A stretch of 43,736 nucleotides of DNA from positions 1 to 43,736 of the forward strand of contig JALAGF010005416.1 in NCBI GenBank assembly GCA_030167865.1, in the 5' to 3' direction. The notes under the pieces are model-generated. The model searched no databases. It was not told where the DNA came from and was given only the letters and a program-made list of their open reading frames with translations. The DNA comes from Craspedostauros australis. Its lineage: Eukaryota. The translations under genes were made by a program, and so were the position numbers. Position 1 is the stretch's first letter, and each line of letters begins with the position of its first letter. Below are positions 32,012-43,736 of the stretch, one piece after another.

Positions 32012-33052
32012 CTACTCTTCCACTGCGCCGGCCAACTTGGCACCGCCTCCGTAAAAGTCGCCGTAGCACGTGATGAGGCGATCTGGACACACGATGGTGT
32101 TCTTGACCGATGGGCGTTCCTGCACCGCGGCCCACCACTTCTCCAAACGGGCGAACTCCGGTTCGTCGTTTGGAAGCTTGAGGCCCATGTAGCGCCCGCC
32201 GAGCACCAGGCTGCGCTGCCAGAACGGCACCAGGGCGACGTCCACGATGGAGAAGGTCGATCCCAAGAAGTAGGAACCGGCCGAACCACCTCCGTCCTTC
32301 TCAATAATGGCGTCATTCTCGAGCATGGCGCGGCCCAGCGCGCGGGATTCCTTGAGGAACTTCTCCATGGCACCGTTGAAGTCGTCCGCGGTCTTGGCCA
32401 TCAACGAACCGTAAAAGTTCTTGGCGATGTACTCGGTAGTATGCGCGGCCCAGATCTGGAGCTTGGCGCGGTTCAGCGGGGAGACGACGCCCGACGCAGC
32501 GTGGCTGTTGGCCAGCAGGGTGAGCTTGCCGGAGTTGAACTCCGCATCGATGTATTCTGCCACCGGCATGCTCTCCCACAGATCCTGTCCGTCGATGGTG
32601 GTGATGGCGGGCACGGTTCCGCGCGGGGAGGCGCGGATGAAGTCGGGGAACAGGGCGCGCTTCTCGTCCAAGGCCATGGACTTCAAGGTGTATCCGCCTG
32701 GGCGTGTCTCATCAACCTGGTACGGGTTGATCTCGAGCCAGCGGTAGTTGGTGCCAGACTCTTCCGCAACAATCCACGCGCGTTGCGCAAACGGGCAATA
32801 CCAGGCTCCGTAGATGTCCAAGCGGCCAGCCGCGTCCTCCGCCTTGTCCATGTGCTTGCGCAAAGTCTTTTCGCCAAGACCTTCCTTCCAGGTGGAAACC
32901 CAAAGCTTGTCGGTGTCGAAGAGGGCGGATGTCATTTTGGCTACTGTGGTTGTGCTGCAAGTATTCCGGGAAGTTGTCGCGGCTGATGTCAGTTGTGTGG
33001 ATGCAGATGTGGATGACGATACAAACCAAAACAGTGCACCAGGAAACCTCAT
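32012..33052 (-). CDS. Cys-type glutathione S-transferase (omega/lambda-like), copy 1, with a 39-aa N-terminal extension
   Basis: WYCPFAQRAWI active-site motif, SPRGTVPAI, WESMPVAEYID, YFLGSTFSIVDVALVPF, RLEKWWAAVQERPSV. A second in-frame ATG starts MTSALF. Confidence 0.93.
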   Translation of the reverse strand: MRFPGALFWFVSSSTSASTQLTSAATTSRNTCSTTTVAKMTSALFDTDKLWVSTWKEGLGEKTLRKHMDKAEDAAGRLDIYGAWYCPFAQRAWIVAEESGTNYRWLEINPYQVDETRPGGYTLKSMALDEKRALFPDFIRASPRGTVPAITTIDGQDLWESMPVAEYIDAEFNSGKLTLLANSHAASGVVSPLNRAKLQIWAAHTTEYIAKNFYGSLMAKTADDFNGAMEKFLKESRALGRAMLENDAIIEKDGGGSAGSYFLGSTFSIVDVALVPFWQRSLVLGGRYMGLKLPNDEPEFARLEKWWAAVQERPSVKNTIVCPDRLITCYGDFYGGGAKLAGAVEE

Positions 33053-34184
33053 CTTCCTTGTTGTTGCTGCGGCACGATCACTTACGATATGAGTGATTGA
33101 TTGATTGATCGATTGATTGATTGATGGGTTGAGACAGAGTTGCAGTGTTGTGCAGCGTATTTGTTCCTTGGTTTTGGTTTTGGTTGTTGTGGCTGATGTG
33201 AGTTGCGAGGATCTTTGCGATTGTGCTTCGTTTGCATTTTATGAGAATCAACCATCCTCTTCTTCCTCTTCCTGCTCTTGCATTTCTTGCATCTCTTGCA
33301 CCTCTTCGGCCGCTTTGGGGGCCAGCAGACCGACCAACAGTTGCCCGAGTGTGGATGTTCCCGACTTTGCACTTGGCCATGCTGTGTAGGAATGGTGTAC
33401 GTCACACAAGGACGTGATTATGATTCAGGCATCTTACGAGCAGGCACGAGTACGGCCAGTTGTATGGGTCCGAACGGAGGAGAGCACAAGACGCGGTAGT
33501 ATCATGATGTCTCCTTTTCCTGTTCGGAGAGAAGCTTTTTCCAAGATCATCGCTCCAAAATGTGACGATGCCTTCTGTGCGATGTTCATGTCACCTTCTG
33601 GAGTGAACAAGAGAGAACTCCATCAGCGGTCTGGAAGTCATCGCCGACTTGGCAATTCGATTCATGCGACTAAATTCCGCTTTCATGCTGAATTGGTCTG
33701 CTCTAATCTTCTCACGCTATGGCACAATGTTGTTTCGCGAGTTGCCTTCGAATTGATTTGATTTGATTCATGGTCGTGTTCTGGTGGCAGCACGACGCGA
33801 AGGGTAGCATACGAGTATGACAGGATCTGAAGTCGCGTTGAAGCAACGGTTGTCCAACCGTCGTGGCGTGAGTTGGTACTCTCAACGAGCACTCTGCCGC
33901 AACTTCGATGCCTTTCCGTGTGCAGACATGAATAGTCTACGAATATTATAGTTAAAATGCCATGCATGTTTAGTTTATTGCTCCACTCTATGCTCAATTG
34001 GAATGTGTTCATTTGCTCGCATCTTGTCGAGTTGCTTTTGTGTTCGGTTGTTTGTTTGGCAGGGACAACGATTTCCTCTGCCATGAGCCTGTACGGTCAT
34101 GACAGACACTTTCACGCCGTCCTTGCAAGACCATTGGCACCGAAGGTGTCTCTTCTCATTCAATTTTTATACGTATGCTACGCC

Positions 34185-35228
34185 TTATTCGTCCACGACA
34201 CCTGCCAACTTGGCACCGCCGCCATAGTAGTCGAGGTAGCACGAAATGAGACGATCAGGAGACACGATGGTGTTCTTGACGGATGGACGTTCCTGCACCG
34301 CGGCCCACCATTTCTCCAAACGGACGAACTCTGGCTCATCCTTTGGCAAGTTCAGGCCCATGTATCGCCCACCGAGCACCGTAATGCGTTGCCAGAATGG
34401 CATCAAGGCAACGTCCACGATGGAGAATTCCGATCCCAAGAAGTATGGACCCACGGAACCGCCCCCGGTCTTCTCGTTGATGGCGTCGTTTTCCAGCATG
34501 GCACGACCTATGGTACGGGATTCGATGATCAACTTCTCCAGGTTGGTGGTATAGGCCTCGGCGGTCTTGGCCATGAAGGAGCGGTAGAAGTTCATGGCAA
34601 TATGGTCGGTCGAATGCGCTGTCCAGATCTGGAGCTTGGCACGGTTGAGTGGGGTGGCCATCGCCGGTGCGGCATCTCCGTTGGCCAGGAAAGTGAGCTT
34701 GCCGGAGTTGAATTCAGCATCGATGTACTCTGACACTGGCATGCTCTCCCACAGATCCTGCCCGTCGATGGTGGTAATGGCAGGGACGGCGCCACGCGGG
34801 GAAGCACGAATGAATTCGGGGTAGCGGGCGCGCTTCTCCTCCAACGGCAAAGACTTCAAGGTGTATCCACCGGGACGCTTTTCATCAATCTCGCATGGGG
34901 TGATCTCGATCCAGCGGTAGTTCATTCTGGACTCCTCTGCCGCGATCCAAGCGCGCTGAGCGAAGGGACAGTACCATGCTCCGTAGATATCCAGACGACC
35001 GGCCGCGTTTTCCGTCTTGTCCATGTGCTTGCGCAGGGTCTTTTCACCAAGGCCTTCCTTCCAGCTGGAAACCCAGAGTGGATCGGTATCGAAGAGAGCA
35101 ACTGACATTTTGACTGCGGCGTTTGTACTGTGGAGGTTGCGAGTGAAGGGTGTGGATGTTGTGGCCGATGTCAGTTGTCTGGATGTGGATGGCGATGCAA
35201 ACCAAAACAGTGTACTGGGAAATCGCAT
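34185..35228 (-). CDS. Cys-type glutathione S-transferase (omega/lambda-like), copy 2, tandem paralogue with a 40-aa N-terminal extension
   Basis: Same motifs and collinear with copy 1 over the whole protein; start MRFPSTLFWF at 35228. Confidence 0.93.
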   Translation of the reverse strand: MRFPSTLFWFASPSTSRQLTSATTSTPFTRNLHSTNAAVKMSVALFDTDPLWVSSWKEGLGEKTLRKHMDKTENAAGRLDIYGAWYCPFAQRAWIAAEESRMNYRWIEITPCEIDEKRPGGYTLKSLPLEEKRARYPEFIRASPRGAVPAITTIDGQDLWESMPVSEYIDAEFNSGKLTFLANGDAAPAMATPLNRAKLQIWTAHSTDHIAMNFYRSFMAKTAEAYTTNLEKLIIESRTIGRAMLENDAINEKTGGGSVGPYFLGSEFSIVDVALMPFWQRITVLGGRYMGLNLPKDEPEFVRLEKWWAAVQERPSVKNTIVSPDRLISCYLDYYGGGAKLAGVVDE

Positions 35229-36310
35229 CTTTCTTGTTAGCGAATGGGGCAAGTGATCGGCAGGCGTTGACAATGAATCTGTCAGTTGCAGCTGTGGGTC
35301 GATCAATGACTCGACTTCGAATTGAACCTGGAAATGGCGTCGTCTTCGTCGTCGTCGTTGTTGTGCTCGCACGATAACTTACGATTACGTGATGAGTAGA
35401 GTACGTGATTGAGAGTGACTGATTGAGAAAGAGATACGGTGATGTACAAAGTTGGGGAGTTCTTTGCTTTGGTTGTGGTTTTGGCTGTTGTGATATGAGT
35501 TGTGAGTTGTGAGGTGTGAGTTGTGATGTGAGTTGTGATGTGAGTTGCGATTTTGTTGCGATTTGTTTTTGTGAGGATGCGATGTCTTCATGTTCCTCCT
35601 CTTCTTCAATCGTTCTGGAGACCAGCGACGTAGCCCTCCATACGACTACTCCCCGCACCCATCAGCACATACTGCGAGGATGCAGATACCCGTCGTATCC
35701 GTATCCGCATCGCATCCAACTTGGTGCATCTTTCACCGCCATGGTCGTTCCAAGAACATAGCGGTTGCGCACAACCAAGAGGCGCTACCTGTGATGCCAC
35801 TTCGTTGCTGTTCACGGAAACATTTTTGTGTCACCATCCCGCTCAACCACCACCGCACTCTTCCTGTGCATTTTTTGTGAGAACTTGTCACCTCCAAGAA
35901 GAGCGAAGAACTTCGTGGAAGAACTTTGAATCGCACCAGTCGACTGTCTGTGTCGATGCTATGACGTCACGCAACTTATTGTGTTGAATTCTAACCTCGC
36001 GAAGGAAAGCCTAAAATGTCGCTTCGAGACTCATACGTGAATAAATAGTCCACGACCAAAACCAAGGTTCAGTCATTGAAACATTGACACTTTGTTCGTG
36101 TTTCGTGTTCGCGTTGACACAACTTGAACACAAATCCAAGTCAAGCTTCGCCTCTTTCCGAAAGGGTGTTAGAGGGCAGGGTAGACCATAGCAGGCCACC
36201 GCAGCGCGCAATAGATCGCAGGTCGCTAACTTCTCTCTGGCCAGCATAGGAGCCCCATTCAGTCTGCTTCCAGAAATGAGCAAAGAGCAACGTACACTCC
36301 TCGCATATCT

Positions 36311-36312
<2 letters not shown>

Positions 36313-36343
<31 letters not shown>
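36313..36343. repeat. (AG)n microsatellite
   Basis: Directly visible. Confidence 0.95.
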
Positions 36344-36346
<3 letters not shown>

Positions 36347-37103
36347 CGCGCCCAACCAATGTTCGTCGTATCAATGTTGCGCCACATTGTGCCTCTCTTT
36401 GCCATCGCGCGCATCATCGCACGCTGTATCTAATCCACATATGTGCTTCCATTTTGCGCCTTGCTTCCTTCGTCACATTCTTCTTCCCGCAGGTCCGATG
36501 CTTCGTTTTATAGCACTCGTGTGGCGCCCAGCCAGGCACCATGCGTACCACCAAGAGTGTGTCCGTCGACTATGGACTTGGTTGACAGATGCCGTGGTTG
36601 TTCCTGGGGTGTAAATTCCGGAAGATCGCAACGACAGACCGAATCCTGGACGAGGGTTCACGAAGCGCGGAAAGCAAAACCGAACCCTGAAACGTTTGCC
36701 AATGAGAACCCCAAAGACCAAGACGTCACAAGATACCCATTTGGCGCATCACAAAGCGAGGAACAAAAGCTGCCCTCTCTGTTGATGCTCCTTTCGCCCT
36801 CCTTCGTTGTGGAGGCGTCTGCTGATGTCTGTTGATGTCTGCTGATGCCTCCTGCGTTGCTCCTCACTGTTCCTTTCAGTTGGTTGCTGGTGGTTGGCTG
36901 TAGTGTGTTCCTTCCTTGTGACACACCATCCACAGCGACACGCCATCCACATGTCATCGACACACACGCACACACAGCCCTCAGCGACCACATGCCAGGT
37001 CGCGAAATACAGCTCATGTCTGCAGACCTACATTGCACATAAATACACACACACATACCAATACCCGTACACAAAGCAAAAAACGACTTTGGACGCAGTC
37101 ACC

Positions 37104-40100
37104 ATGCTATTCCAAGCCGCAACGATCCGTGCCCTGAGCACGGCAAGATCAGCCTCGGCAGCCTCTGCCCGGCGATTGGGCGCACGATCTCTGTCAACCG
37201 CGAACAAGGCTGTCGCCGCCAGCGCATTTCGTGATGGCTCGTCCTCCGGCGACAACGGCCACTGGTTTGCCGCCGCCAGCATCTTCGGTCTCGCGGCTGC
37301 AACCGCGGCAACGGCCAGCGACATCCATTCAACCAGCATGGAGGCAGCTGCCAAGGCCAAGGCAGCAGAGGCCATCAAGATCGACCCCAACTGTGGTACC
37401 CCGAAGGAGCGCGGCGAGCATTTGCAGCCTGAGTTCAACCACCCACCGCCACGCCCAGACCTCCCCACCTTCTCGATGGAAGAGGTGTCCGAGCATTCTG
37501 AAGAAGGTGACATGTGGTACACATTCCGTGGCGGCGTCTACGATCTCAGCTTCTTCCTCAATGGTCACCCAGGTGGTGCTCCAGTAAGTGACGCGCAACG
37601 TTGGCGGGACGTCGAGGACACGCCCGAATTCATTTGTTTCGCTTTTGGCTTTTTAATGATGCAGAATGCGCGGTCTCTCCAAGGGTGCCAGGATCTTCGG
37701 AGGATCGCAAAGAAGGCTCGTCTCCGTTTGTGGACTGTCACACTCCGGACAGAATGGTTGCAGCGACTACGCTCACACGTACGCACATCCATACATTCAG
37801 ATGCACATCTCACATATTCTCCACATTTCACACTCAACTCCCAATTGATATAAATGCCTCGTGTCCTTCTTCCATGAAACATCACGGAACTATCGCTGAC
37901 CACAGCGTCTCATGATGGCTGCAGGACAAGATTTGGAGCCATACTGGGAGGTCTACCGCCAGGTAAGAATGCCTACTGGTTCGCCTTTGATGCTCTGCTG
38001 TTCTCCGTCACATCGTCGTGTTGACACATCAACACGTCGGCAAGTCAGCATCACGTTCGTTCGTTTTGCTCACACCATCCGTTTGCATTCGTACCTTCCC
38101 TTCTCTTCTTGGCTTTCTCTGCTGCTGGTTCGGTGGTCAAAACCGTTCGGGATCCATTCTGTGCATGCTCGCCGGGCAATCGAATCCAATTCAACATTGC
38201 CATACTTTACTCTGCAGCATTTCCGAGGCCATGTGATCGATTGGATGGAGAAGGTAAGTTCAACATAGCCTGTTGCTGCAGAATGACAAATGCGGCATGG
38301 CTACATCCACGCCGAAGAGGAGCAACGGAGACGGATCAAATGCACGACCACAAAAGCGACAGGTATCAAACTGGCACACGACATCTCCCAATCAACCCAA
38401 CTCACATCACTCCGGCTGTGCCTCTCTTCCGTTCCTACATGTACGCTCATTGATTGCCATACAACTCCACCTCCCGGGTGCAGTACCGCATTGGTAACCT
38501 TCCTCAGGAGGAAGTGAAGAAGGCAGCCGACTTCGACTTCGGAGGTACGTGAATCATCTTTTGAACCTGCGAGTGTGTGTGCGTTTTTGTTTTCGTGACA
38601 AACGCGAGGCACCTGGCTCCACCATACTCGTATCATGCTTGGCGCTAACATGCTCCGCTTTCCGAAATATTCACCTCTTGCCTACTACTGCAGACATGTT
38701 CGAGGACGATCCGGTTCGACACCCCGATTTGCTGGCTGCACAGCTCAAGCCCTTCAACGGCGAGCCACGCATCGACTTGCTGACGGACGACTATATCACG
38801 CCAAACGAGCTCTTCTACACTCGGTGCCACTTGGCAGTCCCCGACATCTGCCCGGAGGAGTACCGCTTGATCATCTCTGGAAAGGGAATCAAGAAACGCA
38901 AGTTCAAGCTGGAGGACCTGAAGAAGATGCCAAAGCATGAAGTCATCACCACCCTCCAGTGCGCTGGTAACCGTCGTGAGGACTTGCATGACCGCAACCA
39001 CAAGATCTTCATCAGCCCGCATTGGGTGATCGGTGCCATGAGTACTGCAAAATGGGGCGGCGTCAAGCTCCGCGATGTGCTCAAGGAATGCGGCATCGAT
39101 GTCGACTCCATCGCACTTGGCGAGACGGAATTCCCACGAGGTGTGAAGCATATCCAGCTCGAAGGATACGATCAGGACGAGACTGGCTACACCTACGGTG
39201 GTTCATTCCCCGTCGAGAAGGCCGTCGATCCGCTCGGAGAGGTCATCCTGGCGTATGAAATGAACGGCGACGATCTCCCTCGTGATCATGGATTCCCTGT
39301 TCGCATGATCATTCCAGGCCACGTCGGTGCACGACAGGTACGCATTCATCGATGTTGGTGGTGGAAGGTCTCTTGGTTCTGATTGTTCTTATTGCGAGAC
39401 CTGATTGCAGAACGTACTGCGGGAGTGTACCGCTTCAATCGAACACACCAGCTCTGACAATTCACTCCGGTTTAATACTTCCCTTCTCCGTTTCTCTCGT
39501 TCATTTCTATTGCTCTCAACAACACAAACACAACACAACACAACATGCGAATCCACTTCGCCGATGATCACGACACCAACAGGTCAAGTGGCTGCACAAG
39601 ATCCGATTGAGCAACGAACCATCCAAGAAGAGCTACCAATGCAAGAGCTACCTTGGCTTTGCACCCAATATCACGTTCGAGAAGGATCTCGCCGAGTGGC
39701 CACCGAAGCGCTTGGATCAGGGACCAATCATCCACGAGCAGCCCGTCACATCCTTCGTTTGCAACCCTCCACAGGTAAGTCCTTCGTTGTCGACTGCAAC
39801 TCAAACATGCGACCCTCTGTGCGCTCTTCGAACGGCCGAATCGAATCGAATGCCACGCATTGCTGCATCCTTTGCAACTCATCATTTGTTGTTTGTTGCC
39901 TTCCTCCTCAATCACGACCGTGGACAACACCATGATTGCGCTAACATTTTATCATACCATGCCATTCTATACCATGTCCTGTGGCTGCACGTATAGAACG
40001 CGACCGTTGGAGCCAAGGACATGAAGGAGGTGTCCTTCAAGGGCGTGGCATGGTCAGGCGGTGGTCGCAAGATCGAACGTGTCGACGTTTCTATCGACGG

Positions 40101-40693
40101 AGGCAAGAACTGGATTGCCGCCGAGCTGTTCAAACCAATCGACCAGAGATACAATCACCACTGGGCGTGGACTCAGTTCCACCAAACCGTGCCATTGCCA
40201 AAGGAGATGCAGGAGAAGCTGCAGCGCGGCGAGAAGGTCGAGCTCGACATCGTTTCGAAGGCTCTGGATTCCGCATTCAATGTCCAGCCAGAGAGGATGG
40301 ACCCATACTGGAATCCCCGTGGCATTGCCATCAACCACTGGTATCATGTGAAGGTACGTCGTCCATGTGCTGCATTCTTTATTGTCCGGTGTCATGTCAT
40401 TGGATACCTCGTATGTGTCTTTTCACATCGTCTCCGGCCAACCGAAAAACAAATTACTAACCCTTCCTCACTCTGCGTTCACATCGACCTTCATCTTGCA
40501 GACCGAGCTGGATCCAAGTCTCAACAAGGGCGAAATTAAGCGCCACGTGCTCGAGAAGAACTTCCCCAACACACCATCGGGCGGGAAGTTCGAGCGTGCA
40601 TGGGGCATGGCAGGGTGGTACCTTGATCCTGAACACCAGAATGACCCAAAGATGGCGAAGGGCATGCAGAAGACAAATTGGAAAGAGGTTTAG
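37104..40693 (+). CDS. SUOX: Sulfite oxidase (presequence + cytochrome b5 + Mo-cofactor + dimerisation domains); exons 37104-37583, 37906-37962, 38218-38253, 38484-38544, 38694-39337, 39583-39774, 39997-40353, 40502-40693 (about 672 aa)
   Basis: b5 motifs GVYDLS.F..GHPGG and MAAGQDLEPYW; PFNGEP, FYTRCH, LQCAGNRR (Mo-ligand Cys), LAYEMNG.DLPRDHGFPVR, GARQVKWL, GVAWSGGGRKI.RVDVS.DGG, WNPRG. All seven introns are GT-AG and join in phase; Ala/Ser/Arg-rich N-terminus. Confidence 0.95.
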
Positions 40694-41741
40694 AGTAGTG
40701 AACAATCCGTAACCATGAACATTGCCCGATGCTTCACGTTTGGCGACGCTCAATACTCAAACGATACGAACATGTAGAAGTAAACTAAAGTGAAATTCCC
40801 TATGGAGCAACAATCAGACATATTCTTCAAATCTGTGCCAGTGCCGCTGCTGTTGGAGCGTTGCACATGGCCCATGCGGTGAGCCAGAGGCAACAGCCCC
40901 GCCGTTGCCGACGGAAACCTGCTCATTCCAAATTCAGCAAGTTCTAACGTTGCAGGCTAGCGTCGCAAGTGCATCCGTTGCGACGTGCGACAAGTCTCGG
41001 TGCACGTCGATAAAAGCTCCACCGAGATCTCCTGACTCGCAACAACAGAGCCGACAGTTGTGATGGTGCACTAACAGAATTGAAGCAAGAGCCGATCAGA
41101 TAATCGAAGTAGTCAAAAACGTGAACCGAAAGAAGGAAACAGGATTATCGTCTGTCCGCCATACGTGCTAAGATTCGAATTGCTCTGATATTTGGTTTCT
41201 CACAGATTCTGTCGTATTCTTGCGCGACTCTGATCATGGTCACAGGCATTCGCGTGCTTGAGTTTCCAGCTTGTCAAGTACATGTAGTTGTAGTCGTACT
41301 GGTGGTTGAACTCCTTGCTCGTATTCCAACTTACGAGCTACGAGTACCCCCGCTTGCTCCAACCTTCCCTCTTAACTCATTTCAACGTTCAGCTTGCCTC
41401 GCATCTGAATTAGAGCAGCACAAACACTGCATGATTTACTGCAAAGCGTGAGTCGAAGAGAGAGAGAGAGAGAGGTTGAGTCGAACCACCATGCCAATGG
41501 GAGAACAGAATGGGGTGAAGTAGAGTGTAATATTATAATAGTAATAAAAAGACAAGAGTGCCGCGAAGATGCAGCCATATATGCTCATGCCTCGCATGCA
41601 TGCATACTTTTCCACTCATATGGCACTACTAATACTCTACTCGTATATGCAACTCGTTTGGAGGGCTGCGTGTGTTCAAAAGACATGGTCCATCAGCGGA
41701 CATGCCATGGAATCATTGTCTGCCAAAATGCGATCAAAGTC

Positions 41742-42563
41742 TTAACCTGTGTACTGGCTTGGTGGTTGATCAAAGGCATTGGTCTTCTGTCTCCAAATCA
41801 TCATCTTCCGCAAGAAGCTCGACTTCAAGGATCTTGCAGCATCTTCCTGGCGTTGATGCAAGCGAAACGAAGAAGGAAACGAGGATGTGAATGAGGAAGT
41901 TCTGAGTTGCTTCTCCTCCATCGTCTCGGATACCTGCCTTGCCGAGACTAGCATCGCGGCAGAGGCACCTCCCAACGGAGGCTGGTGGCAGGTTGGCGTG
42001 GCAGCACTCTCGGAACTTTCGAATTCATCGGAGGCAAGTCGGACCTCGTCCATGGTGGGACAAGGAAATCGACACAGCTGAACGTCCTCCGCTGGGAGCG
42101 ATGGGCACGGCGACGGGTGGCAGGGGTTGCAACCTGCTGCCGAGGGCATCAGCTCATCGAGTTGATGGGCACCGATACGGGTGAACTTCTTGATTCTGCG
42201 CACCTGCATGCGAATCTTCGTGCTTGATCGGTATCGTTCCGAGAGAGCGTCTCGCATCATAGTGCCGATCTTTATCCTTGCTGCACGCTCTTCCATTTCG
42301 TACCAAGTACCTTCGTCGAACTTAACGAAAGCTGCCACGCCCACGTTGGATGCCTTCACGATCTCAACGATCTCAGAAACGACGTTGCTCTTTTGCGTCT
42401 TGTCTGCGGCTGCCATGTAAGCATTGCGCTTCATCTCGACGATGCAAGCAAGCCTCTTGTTCCCAGTAGACGATGAACACTTGAATCCTCTGCCAATGAG
42501 CACTGTGTGCGGACTGGGGCTGTACGTGTTGGGGAGAATCGATTTTGCATTCGCGACCATCAT
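41742..42563 (-). CDS. DUF6824-domain protein (family expanded in diatoms)
   Basis: PSPHTVLIGRG...GNKRL..IV......Y..A..K..KS.VV.EIV..V....FVK....WYE.....AR.KIG..MRD.L...YRSS followed by a low-complexity tail; exact 3' end uncertain. Confidence 0.85.
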   Translation of the reverse strand: MMVANAKSILPNTYSPSPHTVLIGRGFKCSSSTGNKRLACIVEMKRNAYMAAADKTQKSNVVSEIVEIVKASNVGVAAFVKFDEGTWYEMEERAARIKIGTMMRDALSERYRSSTKIRMQVRRIKKFTRIGAHQLDELMPSAAGCNPCHPSPCPSLPAEDVQLCRFPCPTMDEVRLASDEFESSESAATPTCHQPPLGGASAAMLVSARQVSETMEEKQLRTSSFTSSFPSSFRLHQRQEDAARSLKSSFLRKMMIWRQKTNAFDQPPSQYTG

Positions 42564-43114
42564 GTGCTTGCCGCTGCTTCGTGTGTGTTTTCTCTTTCTT
42601 GTCGATGATGGTCGTGCCGATGCTGTTGGTAGTCTGGTGTTGATGTTGATGCTGGTGAAGAGTGATTGAGCTGAGGTTTTTGGCTTGATTTTCTTTTTTG
42701 AGATGATCTGCTTGTTTAGACCAATTGGTGTGCTTCCTTCGAAGCATTGTCCATGTCTTGTCCTGTGCTGTGCATGGTGGTCTGCACTCGTAGAGAGGTA
42801 GGTAGAGTTTCGTGATGTCCCCTTGCGAAGATGTGTGTTTCGATGTGCATTTCCCTTGCTTCATGCAGCGAGCTGTCATCATGATCTTGGAGCAAAATGT
42901 TCGTGTCATGTTCCCATCGCGCAGCACCACCTTCGCGTAGCAGTTTGGCTGATCGCAAGCACTTTCCGCGATTTTATCATCGCGGAATGGCAATCGGAAT
43001 TCGTTGAAGGTGGATACCTTTGACTTCCAACATCGTTGATCACGAAACACACGCAACAGGCGAACCCAAGCGTTCGTCACAAACGGCAGAACAGAAACAC
43101 AATGTCCAACTCAA

Positions 43115-43153
43115 CTACTCTACTCTACTCTACTCTACTCTACTCTACTCTAC
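43115..43153. repeat. (CTACT)n microsatellite
   Basis: Directly visible, about 8 units. Confidence 0.95.
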
Positions 43154-43736
43154 GACGCAGAAACAACTGGCCATACCCATGCATAGAGCAGCCATGGGCA
43201 TAGGACGCATCGTGTTATCCTTCTCTCCCTTGTTTCCTCCTTGAAACTTTTTGCTCTCGCGAAAAGCGTAGGAGTGTCCGGCAGAGATGTCCTAGCTGAG
43301 CATCTCACTTCTTCTTCCTTGTCTTCTTGCTCTGCCGGTTGAATACACTTCGCATCAGAGGTATTGTGCGACAATGCATTCTCGTCGTACCTCACGATAG
43401 GAGAAAACTTGCTGTCGGATGATGCATGCACCGATGCTTCATGTCTCGATAGTGACCGTCCATCGTTTCGTGAACAATTTCACCGGCCAAGTTGGTGGGA
43501 ATGTGGGTTCACAGGGAGCCATGGTAATATATATAATTTCCCTCAGGTCTAAAAACAAAGACCCAACGGGATTCATTCGAATTGGCAACCACACAAACAA
43601 AAAATGACAACAACGACAGGCAAAATGGGCCTCCTGCGCGATGCATTGTTCCTGCGTGTACAACCAATTACTCTGCTCTGCTCTACTTGCTTAGTCTGTC
43701 TCTCTAGTAACTGACTTGGAAAGGCTGGAAGAAGCC

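Noticed and set aside
37104..40693. Nitrate reductase
   Set aside because: The b5 domain is N-terminal, there is no FAD/NADH domain, and the sulfite-oxidase Tyr and Arg are retained.
42373..43080. 235-aa Cys-containing minus-strand ORF upstream of the DUF6824 gene
   Set aside because: It overlaps the DUF6824 start in another frame, has no regular Cys spacing and runs through leader-like low-complexity DNA.

Overview
Eukaryotic genomic DNA with spliceosomal GT-AG introns, most likely from a diatom (Ty1/copia and Ambal-like retroelements, a DUF6824 gene); the draft assembly has several N gaps. Left to right: (1) a decayed minus-strand Ty1/copia LTR retrotransposon (1-4622; RT, integrase, protease, putative 5' LTR, no recognisable gag) whose lesions are mostly CpG transitions; (2) three co-oriented short ORFs sharing 'RW...D-x-P-x2-3-P-x-R' motifs (6.4-12.1 kb); (3) two intronless PAP2 lipid-phosphate phosphatase paralogues flanking a TVP38/TMEM64 (VTT/DedA) gene and a nested transposon: a TA-flanked element with imperfect terminal inverted repeats (18584-24909) containing a LINE that lacks its endonuclease and RT; (4) a 63-aa Cys-rich zinc-finger micro-ORF, a TEX264-like gene and a VPS37A-like gene; (5) two tandem CPFAQR-type glutathione transferases with a conserved N-terminal extension; (6) an 8-exon sulfite oxidase (cytochrome b5 + Mo domain); (7) a DUF6824 gene. 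All calls come from reading motifs by eye; no searches were run. I found no unambiguous new system. The best leads are the membrane-lipid/ER-phagy-like gene neighbourhood, the nested TIR/LINE element, the zinc-finger microprotein and the RW/PxR motif cluster.
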